Of a stretch of DNA of 43,223 bases, positions 1 through 10,299 are shown piece by piece. Each line of letters opens with the position of its first letter. Positions within the stretch are counted from its first letter, which is position 1. Under the pieces are notes generated by a model. The model made no database searches. It was not told where the DNA came from and worked only from the letters and a program-made list of their open reading frames with translations. The stretch is from Thermodesulfovibrionales bacterium (GTDB lineage Bacteria; Nitrospirota; Thermodesulfovibrionia; Thermodesulfovibrionales; UBA6898): assembly GCA_044450345.1 (NCBI GenBank), contig JBIOIY010000020.1:1-43223 (forward strand), written 5' to 3'. Made by a program: the position numbers and the translations under genes.

Positions 1-18
1 CATATATTCGCCGTATTT

Positions 19-903
19 TCAGGGGATCACCTTGTTCAACTGATATTCCACAATCCCTGAGGCACCGGCCTTCTTTAGTTTCGGGATGAGGTCAATCAAT
101 ATCTGCTCGTCCATGACGACGTCGAGGTCATACCACCCCGCATCGGACAACACAGATATCGTTGGAGAATGCATTGCCGGCAGAAGACTCATGACCCTTT
201 TGAGGTCTTTTTTCTGGACGTTCATCTTCATCCCGACCTTCTCCTCTGCCGCAAGCGCCCCTTTCAAGAGCATAACGATATTCTCCATCCTCTGCCTCTT
301 CCATTTGTCATGCCATGCATGCCTGTTGGAGATGAAACGCGTGCTCGACTCAAGGATGGTCTCTACGATCCTGAGATTGTTCGCCCTCAGGGAGGTGCCC
401 GTTTCCGTGAGTTCGACTATCGCGTCGGCCAGATGGGGCGGCTTCACCTCCGTGGCCCCCCAGGAAAAATCTATCTCCGCTTTTATGTTCTTCGATTTCA
501 GATATCTTTTTGTGTACCCCACAAGTTCGGTGGCGATCCTCTTGCCCTTCAAATCCCTGACGCTCTTTATCTTCGAATCGTTCGGAACAGCTATCACCCA
601 CTTGACGGGCCTCAGGCCCTCTTTTGCATAATTCAGCTCGGCGACCTCTTTCACGTCGGCAGCCTGCTCCATTATCCAGTCATACCCTGTAAGGCCGCAG
701 TCCAGGATGCCGCTTTCGACGTAGCGCGCCATCTCCTGTGCCCTTATAAGCATCGATTCTATCCGGCAATCGTCGAATACCGGATAATAGGACCGCGGTG
801 AGACCGAGATGTGATAACCCGCCTTCCGGAAAAGTTTCAGTGTCGACTCCTGCAGGCTCCCTTTCGGCAGTCCGATTTTAAGAATTTTATTTTTGGTCTT
901 CAT
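19..903 (-). CDS. hisG: ATP phosphoribosyltransferase, long form
   Basis: LPKGSL N-terminus, GATE...[19 protein letters not shown] motif, C-terminal regulatory domain; overlaps the end of hisD. Confidence 0.96.
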   Translation of the reverse strand: MKTKNKILKIGLPKGSLQESTLKLFRKAGYHISVSPRSYYPVFDDCRIESMLIRAQEMARYVESGILDCGLTGYDWIMEQAADVKEVAELNYAKEGLRPVKWVIAVPNDSKIKSVRDLKGKRIATELVGYTKRYLKSKNIKAEIDFSWGATEVKPPHLADAIVELTETGTSLRANNLRIVETILESSTRFISNRHAWHDKWKRQRMENIVMLLKGALAAEEKVGMKMNVQKKDLKRVMSLLPAMHSPTISVLSDAGWYDLDVVMDEQILIDLIPKLKKAGASGIVEYQLNKVIP

Positions 904-2215
904 TGCCCGTCCTTTCCTTCAAAAACGTTCTTCGTTTCATCATCGCTTTTCTTATTCTAATAGTATTGGCATGGGCCTCGAGCCCCTCGGTATCCGCGAG
1001 CGCCTCGACAACGCCTGACAGCTTCATAAACCCTTTTTTTGTAAACCCCACGAGGCTCGAACGCTTATAAAAATCATAGACGCCTAAAGGAGAAAAGAAC
1101 CGTGACGTCCCGCCTGTGGGGAGGGTATGATTAGGCCCTGCAGAGTAGTCGCCGAGGGCCTCGGGTGTCCAGTGGCCAAGAAAGACCGCACCTGCATTTT
1201 CGACAAGCGGCAACAGTTCTTCCGGCGCTTCGGTCATGATTTCGAGGTGCTCGGGCGCGATCCGATTCGAGAGTGAAAGTGCATGGCGCAGGTCCTTCGC
1301 TTTCACTATCGCACCAAAGCGCCTGATGGACGCCCCCGCGATCTTCTTCCTCTTGAGAAGGGCGAGCTGCCTCCGGACCTCGCCGGACACGGCCGTGGCG
1401 AGCCGCTCCGAAACCGTGACGAGTACCGACGATGCGAATTCGTCGTGCTCCGCCTGGCCCAGAAGGTCGGCTGCAATGACGGAGGGATCGGCGGAATTAT
1501 CGGCTATAATGAGTATTTCACTGGGCCCCGCAATCATATCGATATCGACAAGCCCGAAGACCATCCTTTTTGCCGCAGCTACAAATATATTGCCGGGGCC
1601 GACTATCTTGTCCACCTTCTTTATGCCCTTCGTCCCATATGCCATAGCCCCTACCGCCTGCGCGCCTCCGATCCGGTATACCTCGGAAACACCGAGCATC
1701 CTCACCGCCGCCATTACATAGGGATTGATCCGCCCCTCAGGGGCGGGAACGCAGAGTGCGATCTCCTTCACACCCGCAACCTGTGCGGGGATGACGTTCA
1801 TAAGCACTGTCGACGGGTAAGCTGCCGTACCTCCGGGGACGTAAACGCCGACCCTGCTCAGAGGCCTGATGCATTGTCCGAGCACGGTCCCCCCCTCGAA
1901 AAAAGACCACGATATTTCTGTCTGCATTGCATGGAATTTCCTGATCCTCTTTGCCGAGACCTCGAGGGCCCTTATAATCTTCGGGTCAGCCTTCTTTGCA
2001 TGCCTCTCAATCTCAGAGGCGCTCAGCCTGAGGCGGGCAGCAGTGTGTTTATCGAACCTGCGCGTATACCTGCGCACAGCTTCATCTCCGTTTTTCCTTA
2101 CGTCGTCCAGGATGGTCCTGACCGCTTTCTCGACAGCGCGGTTGTCCGACGAACTGCGCGACCGGAGGGACACCAGAAATTCCAGAAACTCCCTGTCTTT
2201 GTTGATTATCTTCAT
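887..2215 (-). CDS. hisD: Histidinol dehydrogenase
   Basis: [34 protein letters not shown] and [13 protein letters not shown] motifs. Start moved to ATG 2215 because the longer ORF start (2251) lies inside the promoter -35. Confidence 0.96.
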   Translation of the reverse strand: MKIINKDREFLEFLVSLRSRSSSDNRAVEKAVRTILDDVRKNGDEAVRRYTRRFDKHTAARLRLSASEIERHAKKADPKIIRALEVSAKRIRKFHAMQTEISWSFFEGGTVLGQCIRPLSRVGVYVPGGTAAYPSTVLMNVIPAQVAGVKEIALCVPAPEGRINPYVMAAVRMLGVSEVYRIGGAQAVGAMAYGTKGIKKVDKIVGPGNIFVAAAKRMVFGLVDIDMIAGPSEILIIADNSADPSVIAADLLGQAEHDEFASSVLVTVSERLATAVSGEVRRQLALLKRKKIAGASIRRFGAIVKAKDLRHALSLSNRIAPEHLEIMTEAPEELLPLVENAGAVFLGHWTPEALGDYSAGPNHTLPTGGTSRFFSPLGVYDFYKRSSLVGFTKKGFMKLSGVVEALADTEGLEAHANTIRIRKAMMKRRTFLKERTGNEDQK

Positions 2216-2222
2216 CCAGTTA

Positions 2223-2251
2223 ATTCTATAGTTTGCCACCCAATTATTCAA
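2223..2251 (-). promoter_or_regulatory. Sigma70-type promoter of hisDG, probably leaderless
   Basis: TTGAAT-17 bp-TAGAAT on the minus strand, then 7 nt to the ATG with no Shine-Dalgarno. Confidence 0.65.
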
Positions 2252-2294
2252 GTTCTTTGGGCGGACTGACAGGCTGCAAATAACATGCGAATCA

Positions 2295-2323
2295 TTGACA
2301 TATTATTCCCGCTCAAGTAAAGT
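2295..2323 (+). promoter_or_regulatory. Sigma70-type promoter of the HD-GYP gene, probably leaderless
   Basis: TTGACA-17 bp-TAAAGT, then 5 nt to ATG 2329. Confidence 0.65.
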
Positions 2324-2328
2324 TTATT

Positions 2329-3633
2329 ATGGCCGAGGACGACCAAAAGAGTAAGAACCAGGCGATCCAGGAGATAGCTAAAAAAATCCGTCTCTCCTTC
2401 CTGATAGTGGTATTCGTAATAATTACTCTCTTTGCGGTTGTCTTAAATCATATCTTCGGTTCTTCGCTGTTTTTTCTCCCCGATATCTCGGTCACCATGA
2501 TTATGGGCATAGCCCTTTTCCTCTCGGTGATCGGGCTGGGTTATCTGGTGAGAATGTCGAATCAGGTCCTCCGGATAATCCATGACTATAGCAGCCGGCT
2601 CGAGAAGATCCTAAGCATTACAAAGGACCTTCGGGAAGAGATTTACGGCGATATCCTTCTTGAAAAGATAATGGACTATGCCCTTTCGATCACCCACTCA
2701 GAGGCAGGATCACTATTGTTGCTCGACGGCGACGCACTCACATTCAAGGTCGTAAAGGGCGGGAAAGCGGAACGGCTCACCGGGACTTCGGTCGAAAAAG
2801 GCAAGGGCGTCACCGGCTGGGTAGCGGCGACAGGCAAACCGGCGTGTATAGCAAACGTCGCGCAGGACGAGAGGTTCAACCCGGATATCGATGCGATGAC
2901 CGGGGTTGAGACAAAATCGATCCTGTGCGTGCCGCTCATCACGAGATCGACCGTTATCGGAGTCCTGGAACTGTTGAATAGGTCGGGAGGATTTTCTTAC
3001 AGGGAGCGGGACGAGCAGATCATTACCTATCTTGCCGAGCAGGCAGCGATATCGATCGCCAAGACAAAATTTTTTGAAGACCAGAAGAATTATGAAATCC
3101 ATCTCACCGAGATGCTCCTTGAGGCGATCGATTTTCAGATCCCTGAAAAAAGGGGCCACTCCAGAAGGGTGGCGAGGTACAGCAACATGATCGCAAAGGG
3201 CCTCAACATGTCCGAAGCCGAAAAGAAGAGGCTCTATCTCGCGAGCCTGCTGCATGACGTAGGGTTCCTCAAGATCAACTCCGACGAGAACTTTAAAAAA
3301 GAAGAATACACGCGCCATCCCGCGGTCGGATACGAAATGATAAGACCGATAAATTTCTACGCGGACATCGCCCCTTTTATCCTGTACCACCATGAAAGGT
3401 ATGACGGCTATGGATATCCTTCGAAGCTCAGCGGCGAGGCGATCCCTCTGGAGGCCAGGATCATCGCGATAGCCGAGGCCTTCGATGCCATGATAAGCCT
3501 GATCTCATACAGGGTACCGGTGAGCTTTCACGATGCGATAGATGAGCTCAGGCGAAAGGCTGGGACGCAATTCGACCAGGAACTGGTCGAGATCTTCACA
3601 ACCAACATCGAACCCCAGCACATCAAGGCGTAA
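2329..3633 (+). CDS. Membrane-anchored GAF and HD-GYP domain protein (putative cyclic dinucleotide phosphodiesterase)
   Basis: Two N-terminal hydrophobic helices; GAF (GKGVTGWVA...SILCVPL...GVLELLN); HS.RV, LHDVG, HHERYDGYGYP and AGTQFD motifs. Confidence 0.9.
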   Translation: MAEDDQKSKNQAIQEIAKKIRLSFLIVVFVIITLFAVVLNHIFGSSLFFLPDISVTMIMGIALFLSVIGLGYLVRMSNQVLRIIHDYSSRLEKILSITKDLREEIYGDILLEKIMDYALSITHSEAGSLLLLDGDALTFKVVKGGKAERLTGTSVEKGKGVTGWVAATGKPACIANVAQDERFNPDIDAMTGVETKSILCVPLITRSTVIGVLELLNRSGGFSYRERDEQIITYLAEQAAISIAKTKFFEDQKNYEIHLTEMLLEAIDFQIPEKRGHSRRVARYSNMIAKGLNMSEAEKKRLYLASLLHDVGFLKINSDENFKKEEYTRHPAVGYEMIRPINFYADIAPFILYHHERYDGYGYPSKLSGEAIPLEARIIAIAEAFDAMISLISYRVPVSFHDAIDELRRKAGTQFDQELVEIFTTNIEPQHIKA

Positions 3634-4710
3634 CTATAGGCGCGGAAGCATTTTGTCTATCAGCTCTTTTTCGACAACATCACTGGCCCCTTCTCCCAGC
3701 CGGCGGTAGATATCGAGAACCGATGACGCCAGCTCACCGGCCTTTTCGTACCCCTTCTTACGCGCCTTCTCAACGAGCTTCCAGTCCTCTCTTTCAGTGA
3801 AGCCGGGGAACATTTCCTGAATCTCCGGAAAGAGCATCTTCCGAAATCCCCCCAGGGATGAAAGGTAGAAACCTAGCGAACCCTTCCTCCGGTGTTCCAC
3901 GATGTACTTCAACATGCCTCTATCCGACGTATCCGAAAGGACATCCTTAATGCTTCTGACGAACAGCTCCGCCCTCCTCGTGAGAGGCCCGGAGAGCATC
4001 GTCTTCCATAGCTCGCCGAGTGTCGAGCCTTCATGGGCTTCTCCGATTTCATGGTAGATGTATGCGCCGATCTCTTCCTCTGCAATTTGCGCAATCCTGG
4101 CATAAAGGGATTCGTTCGCTTCGCCTTGAGGATCTATGCCGTACTGTGAAAACGCATATAAAAGGGTGCCCGTATATTTCTTGGGTCTGATCTCTTCAAA
4201 CTTGTCCCAGAGCACCGTTGTCAGGGCATCCCTCCTGGCAACTATTGTATCCCTCTGCAGCACAGACGGGTACGCGGAAAGATCTCTCACTAACTCACGC
4301 CCCGCAATGATCACTTCATATTCATCAAGAGATTTCTTCGAATGGAGTTCTGCCAGAAAGAAAGAGGGTTTCATCTGGATCCCGAGGCCTGCACCGTAAA
4401 GCAGTCCTTCTTTCTCAAGGAGATGGTTGATGCCTTCACTTTCAAACGGGGGAAATTCACCCTGTTGTAAGGAGAGCTTATTAAATTCCCTCTCTTCTAT
4501 CTCATGCCACAGGCTTTCCTTAGAGGCTATCCACTCTGAAATGACCCCTTGTGGTATCTCCTCCCAGGGCTTGACCCCCCTTTCATGGCGAAAGAGTTCC
4601 CGGAGTCTCAGCAACAGGCCGCAGATCGAATAATTCCCCCAGAATCTCGCATCGGAGATGTCGCAGTTCACCTTTATCTGAGCACTCAGCGCTTCGATGT
4701 CGAGATCCAT
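3634..4710 (-). CDS. Conserved hypothetical protein, Sfum_1244-like
   Basis: NCDISDAR...YSICGLLLRLR N-terminus and HEIGE motif; SD AGAGGA; family recalled from memory. Confidence 0.7.
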   Translation of the reverse strand: MDLDIEALSAQIKVNCDISDARFWGNYSICGLLLRLRELFRHERGVKPWEEIPQGVISEWIASKESLWHEIEEREFNKLSLQQGEFPPFESEGINHLLEKEGLLYGAGLGIQMKPSFFLAELHSKKSLDEYEVIIAGRELVRDLSAYPSVLQRDTIVARRDALTTVLWDKFEEIRPKKYTGTLLYAFSQYGIDPQGEANESLYARIAQIAEEEIGAYIYHEIGEAHEGSTLGELWKTMLSGPLTRRAELFVRSIKDVLSDTSDRGMLKYIVEHRRKGSLGFYLSSLGGFRKMLFPEIQEMFPGFTEREDWKLVEKARKKGYEKAGELASSVLDIYRRLGEGASDVVEKELIDKMLPRL

Positions 4711-4845
4711 GCTTCCTCTTTTCTCTATTCTAACAAAATTCGTCGCAGAGAATTCTATTTACACCGGTTTTTAGGTATCATTGAGATGCACGCATTAATT
4801 CTATGAGCGAGCGATTGGGAGGGGCCACTCCGGCCTACCACATAG

Positions 4846-7533
4846 ATGAGCAACAGAAAATTTCTCACCATATCAGAAGGTTTTTTTAATGTGACGGAAA
4901 GCCTTCCCGATGATCCTGTCTTCCACTATTACCGGGACGGATGGAAGACACTCACCTATCGCGGTTTTGCAAATGGTGTGGCCGCCCTGGCCTCTTATCT
5001 GGTCCGCCTTGGTCTGAAGAGGGGCGGGAAGGTCGCGATCATATCGGAAAACAGACCTGAATGGTGTGCGGCCTATTTGGCAACTGTCCTGGCCGGCGGC
5101 GTGGCGGTCCCTATTGACGCACAGCTCGGGCCCGACGAGGTCGGCAACCTCCTGAAGGACTGCGGGGCCGATATAGTCTTCCACAGCCAAAAAACACTCG
5201 TACACATCGGGGCGCACCTGATAAATATTTCGGAGGCCCTGCAGAAAAGCATCGCCCTTCTTGACTTTGACTCTACGAGATACGAATCCGCCCTGCGCGA
5301 AAAATCTTCCCCGGCCTTACCGGAAACAGGCCCGGACGATGTGGCATCTATTATTTATACATCGGGTACGACCGGAAATCCCAAGGGGGTAGTGCTGACG
5401 CATAGTAACTTCTGTTCCGACGCAGAGGCGCTTATAGGGGCGGGGATCGTTTCACCTGAAGACAATGTGCTCTCTGTCCTGCCCCTTCACCATACCTATG
5501 CCTTCATGTGCACCTTTTTGGTGCCGCTCTTTCTAGGCGCCTCTATAACCTACCCTGCAAGCCTGAAGGGGCCGGACCTCATGTCCGCAATCAAAGATAG
5601 GGGGGTGAGCGTCTTGATCGGAGTGCCCCAGCTCCTTGCGATGATAAGAAACGGGATCTTCGGCAAGATTGAGGCACTCCCTGCCCCCGCATCTTTTGTC
5701 CTCCTCAAGATACTCAGACTGTCGGGCTTTCTGCGCGAGAGGGCCGGGATAAATATCGGCCGCATATTCTTCGCCTCAGCGCACCGCGCCCTCGGGCCGA
5801 AGTTCAGGTTCTTCGGCAGCGGCGGGGCGAGACTCGACCCGGCGGTGATGAAAGACCTCGAGGCCCTCGGCTTCATGGTCCTCGAGGGTTACGGCCTGAC
5901 AGAGACCTCACCTGTCGTCACCTTTAATCCTGTTTCAGGGAGAAGGCCAGGTTCGGCAGGCAAACCACTGCCCTCCGTCCGGATAAGGATCGCCGGCCCT
6001 TCTGAAAAAGGGGAGGGTGAGATCGAGATAAAAGGCCCCATGGTAATGAAAGGATATTATCGGGACCCCTCCGCCACCGCCGACGTCTTGCGCGACGGAT
6101 GGTTCAGGACCGGCGATATCGGCCGGATCGACGGGGAAGGCTACCTATTCATCACAGGTCGGTCTAAGGAGGTGATCGTCCTAAGCTCGGGAAAGAACAT
6201 CTATCCTGAAGATGTCGAGAAGGTATACCTGTCATCGCCGCTAATCAAAGAAATTTGTATCGTCGGCATCGGGGAAAAGGGGTTGACAGAAACACTCCAC
6301 GCGGTCATCGTACCCGACCTTGAATATACGAAAAAGGCGCGGACCCCGGACTTGCGGGAGGCGATAAAGTGGGAGATGAACGAGATGTCTTCAAAAATTC
6401 CTTCCTATATGAGGGTCACGGGCTTTTCAATCCGCACGGGACCGCTGCCGCGGACACCTCTGGGCAAACTGAGGCGCTTCATGATCAGGGAAGAAGCAGC
6501 GGGCCCCGTGACCGAAGGGCGTGAGAGAGAGGCCGGGGGAGACATCTTCGCCGATGAGACCGCACAGAAGGTGGCCGAGTCATTGAAGAGGTTCGTTAAA
6601 GGAGACCGGAGGATCGGTCCGTCCGACAACATCGAACTCGATATCGGCCTTGATTCGCTTGCGAAGATAGAACTCGTCGTTGCCCTCGAAAAGGCGTTTT
6701 CCATCAGACTTCCGGAGAATTTTATGGCCGACATCCAGACCGTAAAAGAACTAATCGCCAAAGTCAGGGCGCAGGCGTCTCCCGGATATTCTCCGGGAAC
6801 ATCGGAAAAAGGAGGTTGGAGGGACATTCTTGCCGGAGGGCCTTCTGAAACCAACCTCGGGATGCCCACTATAGAGGGGCCGGACAACAGGATGATACCG
6901 TCCTTTGTCGCACACTCCCTTTTGAAGTGTCTGTTCAGGGTTTTATTCAGGCTTGAGGCGAGGGGGGCGGAAAATCTGCCGCAGGGCAAAAATTTTATCC
7001 TGGCGTCAAACCACACAAGTTACCTGGACGGCTTCGCGGTCATCCTGTCTCTGCCCTTTGTAAACTTTAAGAATACTTATTCCCTCGGCCTCAGCGAATT
7101 TTTCACGGGTTTTTTAAAAAGCCGGTTCGCAAAGATCGCCCATGTGATCCCGATCGATTCCTCCGCCTATCTTAATAAGGCGCTCCAGATGTCGGCCTAT
7201 GTCATAAAAAATGGCCGCTCACTGTCCGTCTTCCCTGAAGGAGGCCGCTCCTTTGATGGAAGCCTCCTGGAGTTCAAGAAGGGCGTAGGCATACTTGCTG
7301 TCGAGTTGGGAGTCAATGTGGTCCCGGTATACGTTGAAGGGACCCTCGAGGCCCTTCCGCGCGGCACGGCATTTCCCAGGCCCGGCAAGATAACCGTTAC
7401 CTTCGGCAGGCCTCTTCTGGCAAGGGACCTCGACTTCTCTAAAAAACCGTCCGATGTCGACGAATATCAATATTTCGCTGACGTTTTGAGAGAAAAAGTG
7501 GGAGAATTAATGGTATCAACCAAAAGGAGATAA
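4846..7533 (+). CDS. AMP-forming long-chain acyl ligase fused to an ACP and a PlsC-type acyltransferase
   Basis: YTSGTTGNPKG, GYGLTE, TGD and PRTPLGK (ANL adenylation domain); GLDSL phosphopantetheine site; NHTSYLD and FPEGGRS acyltransferase motifs. Confidence 0.9.
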   Translation: MSNRKFLTISEGFFNVTESLPDDPVFHYYRDGWKTLTYRGFANGVAALASYLVRLGLKRGGKVAIISENRPEWCAAYLATVLAGGVAVPIDAQLGPDEVGNLLKDCGADIVFHSQKTLVHIGAHLINISEALQKSIALLDFDSTRYESALREKSSPALPETGPDDVASIIYTSGTTGNPKGVVLTHSNFCSDAEALIGAGIVSPEDNVLSVLPLHHTYAFMCTFLVPLFLGASITYPASLKGPDLMSAIKDRGVSVLIGVPQLLAMIRNGIFGKIEALPAPASFVLLKILRLSGFLRERAGINIGRIFFASAHRALGPKFRFFGSGGARLDPAVMKDLEALGFMVLEGYGLTETSPVVTFNPVSGRRPGSAGKPLPSVRIRIAGPSEKGEGEIEIKGPMVMKGYYRDPSATADVLRDGWFRTGDIGRIDGEGYLFITGRSKEVIVLSSGKNIYPEDVEKVYLSSPLIKEICIVGIGEKGLTETLHAVIVPDLEYTKKARTPDLREAIKWEMNEMSSKIPSYMRVTGFSIRTGPLPRTPLGKLRRFMIREEAAGPVTEGREREAGGDIFADETAQKVAESLKRFVKGDRRIGPSDNIELDIGLDSLAKIELVVALEKAFSIRLPENFMADIQTVKELIAKVRAQASPGYSPGTSEKGGWRDILAGGPSETNLGMPTIEGPDNRMIPSFVAHSLLKCLFRVLFRLEARGAENLPQGKNFILASNHTSYLDGFAVILSLPFVNFKNTYSLGLSEFFTGFLKSRFAKIAHVIPIDSSAYLNKALQMSAYVIKNGRSLSVFPEGGRSFDGSLLEFKKGVGILAVELGVNVVPVYVEGTLEALPRGTAFPRPGKITVTFGRPLLARDLDFSKKPSDVDEYQYFADVLREKVGELMVSTKRR

Positions 7534-7535
7534 AG

Positions 7536-8033
7536 ATGAAAATCATCTACCCGGTTTTGATAAGTGCGTTTCTGGTATTTTGTCTTCTCACGGCAGGGTC
7601 CGCGGTGAATGTCTCTGCTCATGAGCACAAAGATGTACAGGCTGCCTTCACCAAGCACTTCAAGGAGACACTCTTTGATATTACGACTAAGGCCGGGTTC
7701 AGTGTCGAAGTATTATTGGACGACAGGGAATATAAGAAGCTCGGCAAAGATGTTATAGGCATAGTTATACACAACTCTCATGATGAGGACGTGGAAAAGG
7801 CCGCCATCGCGATCGACTTCAGGAACCTCGACACCGGCGAGTCCGCGGCGGAAAAGCCCGTGGTGCAGGAAAAGGGCGATGGCCTCTATACTGTTTCCGG
7901 TCTTGATGTACACAAGGAGGGCCGCTGGAAACTCACGGTAACGATCAAAAAAGAGAAGGTGGAGGACAGCGCCCGGTTTCTCTTCCCGGATGTGTTTAAA
8001 GACCGCTTGCCTGCGGGCAGATATAATCCCTGA
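7536..8033 (+). CDS. Exported YtkA/FixH-like Ig-fold protein
   Basis: Signal peptide followed by AHEH; GLYTV...EGRWKLTVTI pattern; starts 2 bp after the upstream gene. Confidence 0.6.
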   Translation: MKIIYPVLISAFLVFCLLTAGSAVNVSAHEHKDVQAAFTKHFKETLFDITTKAGFSVEVLLDDREYKKLGKDVIGIVIHNSHDEDVEKAAIAIDFRNLDTGESAAEKPVVQEKGDGLYTVSGLDVHKEGRWKLTVTIKKEKVEDSARFLFPDVFKDRLPAGRYNP

Positions 8034-8097
8034 CCGGGTCTTCGTTTTGTAAAATCCACGGCAACTAGCCGCAGGAAACCATCACCGGGCAATCACT

Positions 8098-8337
8098 TTA
8101 CAGACAAAGGGAATTCTCATACCGAAACCCGTCTCTGTCTATCTTCCCGTCCTTAAACAGCGAGAGGATTTTATACACGGTCGACTTCTTCATCCCGGCC
8201 CTGGCTGCTATCTCTTTGACGGACAGTTGAGGGCCCTCTATGCGAATGTCGAGGACCTTCCTCCGCTCTCTCGGCGTAATCCTTTTCCTTGTGGCTTTCT
8301 TCCCGTCACCTCTGTCCGTCGTAGCGATGAATATCAC
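8098..8337 (-). CDS. Small helix-turn-helix protein
   Basis: LSVKEIAARAGMKKSTVYKIL HTH; GTGA start/stop overlap with the L,D-transpeptidase. Confidence 0.6.
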   Translation of the reverse strand: MIFIATTDRGDGKKATRKRITPRERRKVLDIRIEGPQLSVKEIAARAGMKKSTVYKILSLFKDGKIDRDGFRYENSLCL

Positions 8338-9158
8338 TTCACCCTCTCAACGACCCACACTGCCGGACCTTTTTCCGCGACATGAAATTTCCCGTCATCG
8401 GGCAGCGGCGAGTGGACCCATTCGAAGAGCTTCCTTGCGTCAGTGAGCTCCGGCTTACGGGGAAAGCCGTAAAACTCCTTCTGCATCTCCTCGTCGTAGA
8501 GACCGACGCAGCCGTGTGACGCAGGGTATCCCGGCATGTCACGGCCGTGAAGCCAGTACGATACCCCGTCGCCGTCGATATGAAACCTCAGTCCGTAATT
8601 CATCGGATAGGGGGTATCGGAGTCCTTGATGAAATATGCCGACGATTTATGTTTGCTATTGGATGCACTGACCCTGAATTTGCCGACCGGGGTTTTGTTC
8701 GTTTTTTTCCCTGAAGCAACAGGGGTCGAGAAAACGAGCCGCCCACGCTCATACGCCCCGAGGAACTGCCTTGAAAGGTCCACGAGAATGAATTTTCCTT
8801 CCGCCTCGGCCGGCTGAAAATAGCGGGGCAGTGGGGTATAGTCCCGGAGGTCGTGAGGCCGCTTCGGGAATTTCAGATAGACCCCGGCATGGGCGTGCCG
8901 CCGGTCGATCCTGTTGAAACGGGCAACGTCCTGCCATCTCTCCCCGAAAAGCTGTTCGAGCGTTTCTCCCTTGCCCATGCGTCTGCATTCCCACTCTATC
9001 ATCTTGTCACCCGGATAGGTCCTGCAGAAGGAACGGGCCGTCCCTGCATCCGCACCCTTTTCCAAGAAGGAAGAGAAAGAAAACAAAAAGAGGAGCGGCA
9101 ACAATAAAAAACCCAGGACCCTTTTTCTATGCTCCCCCTCCCCCATCTGGAATTTCAC
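8334..9158 (-). CDS. L,D-transpeptidase (YkuD family) with a LysM-like segment
   Basis: N-terminal hydrophobic segment; ILVDLSRQFL...PVASG...TPVG; HG...SHGCV catalytic motif. Confidence 0.88.
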   Translation of the reverse strand: MKFQMGEGEHRKRVLGFLLLPLLFLFSFSSFLEKGADAGTARSFCRTYPGDKMIEWECRRMGKGETLEQLFGERWQDVARFNRIDRRHAHAGVYLKFPKRPHDLRDYTPLPRYFQPAEAEGKFILVDLSRQFLGAYERGRLVFSTPVASGKKTNKTPVGKFRVSASNSKHKSSAYFIKDSDTPYPMNYGLRFHIDGDGVSYWLHGRDMPGYPASHGCVGLYDEEMQKEFYGFPRKPELTDARKLFEWVHSPLPDDGKFHVAEKGPAVWVVERVK

Positions 9159-9278
9159 AGACCGCGAAGATACCTTTCATTTAATTTCGATAGTTTTTAC
9201 GAATTCTTTTCAGAGGTATTATAGTTTTTTTTCAGGAAAAATGAAAAACATTTCCCAATGGCCTTTACTTGGACTGTT

Positions 9279-9308
9279 GTAACCTTCCGAATCATCTTAA
9301 CGTCTCTA
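9279..9308 (+). promoter_or_regulatory. ECF sigma-type promoter
   Basis: GTAACCTT-N14-CGTCTCTA; identical 8+8 bp elements recur at 10270-10299 on the minus strand. Confidence 0.7.
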
Positions 9309-9372
9309 TTACGGGTACGCATGCGGATGAGACAATATCCCGCGGAGTACGACGGAAAAGGGAGGTCAGGCA

Positions 9373-9579
9373 ATGAACGAGGTCTGCAGACACTACATCG
9401 TTAAGCCATTCACCAGCAAGGACGGGATATTGAGGGTGCCGCGTGAAGGGATCAATTTTTCGGCAGGGGAAAAGGCGTACTGCACCCATCCCGACTCGTT
9501 GCACCTTCCCGGAACTCCTGTGGGCACCCGCTGCGGAGGCGACGCAGCGAAGTGCAACATCCCAAAAGAGAAGAGATAA
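9373..9579 (+). CDS. Small protein with 4 Cys (68 aa)
   Basis: SD GGGAGG, upstream ECF-type promoter, C..YCTHP..RC..KC pattern. Confidence 0.6.
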   Translation: MNEVCRHYIVKPFTSKDGILRVPREGINFSAGEKAYCTHPDSLHLPGTPVGTRCGGDAAKCNIPKEKR

Positions 9580-9632
9580 AGGGAACTTACGATCCTGCCT
9601 CGCCCGGCTTTGAGCCGACCCTTCATCACAAG

Positions 9633-10190
9633 TTATTTCTTACCCCTCTTCGCGCACTCCGACCTCATCCCCTTCCCTTCATGCCTCCATCCACCGTGCC
9701 GTCTGAACTGCCTTCTCAGGTTTATTTTGAATTTCTGCCTCTGCTCAGGAGTCAGCTTTGCCTTGATCTCCTCCAGCGTTTTTATACGGGACATGTGCAT
9801 ATCTGTCTTTAGAGATTCCAGCTGCTTAAGCTTGGCCTCAACAGCACCCATATCAACCGGGTCTTTGTCCAGGATCTCCCTGAGCTCTATCCTTGCGATC
9901 CGGATGTCCGCTATTTTTCTTATGGCGTCTTTCTTCGCGATGGTTCTTATGTCCTTTATAGCCTCTTTCTGTTTTTCGTCGAGACCCAGATCCGCGAGCG
10001 CCTTCCCTATGCGATGCCCGGCCCACATCATCCCCATCCCGCGATGCCCCATGTGTCCCATCCGGGGCGCGCATTCCTCATGCCTGCCCTTCTCGCCCTG
10101 CACGCCGCCGCTCTTCTCGGCATACGAAGAGCTCGACGCAAACCCCATCAGCAATAAGCCCATCAACACCCCAATCACAACTCTTTTCAT
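9633..10190 (-). CDS. Spy/CpxP-family periplasmic protein
   Basis: Signal peptide, Met/His/Gly-rich linker, LDEKQ and LTPEQR (LTxxQ) motifs; SD GGAGG. Confidence 0.88.
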   Translation of the reverse strand: MKRVVIGVLMGLLLMGFASSSSYAEKSGGVQGEKGRHEECAPRMGHMGHRGMGMMWAGHRIGKALADLGLDEKQKEAIKDIRTIAKKDAIRKIADIRIARIELREILDKDPVDMGAVEAKLKQLESLKTDMHMSRIKTLEEIKAKLTPEQRQKFKINLRRQFRRHGGWRHEGKGMRSECAKRGKK

Positions 10191-10269
10191 AACAACCTCC
10201 GGTTTATTTTTTTAGAGCCTGCATTCCGAACACATTCCTGCGCCATCTGCTATCAAGCTCCTTTTAAAC

Positions 10270-10299
10270 TAGAGACGATTCAGACAGACAAAAGGTTAC
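10270..10299 (-). promoter_or_regulatory. ECF sigma-type promoter of the Spy/CpxP gene
   Basis: GTAACCTT-N14-CGTCTCTA on the minus strand. Confidence 0.7.

Noticed and set aside
4815..4845. c-di-GMP-I riboswitch (CCGGCCTA fragment)
   Set aside because: Lacks the GCAAA elements and the first stem-loop
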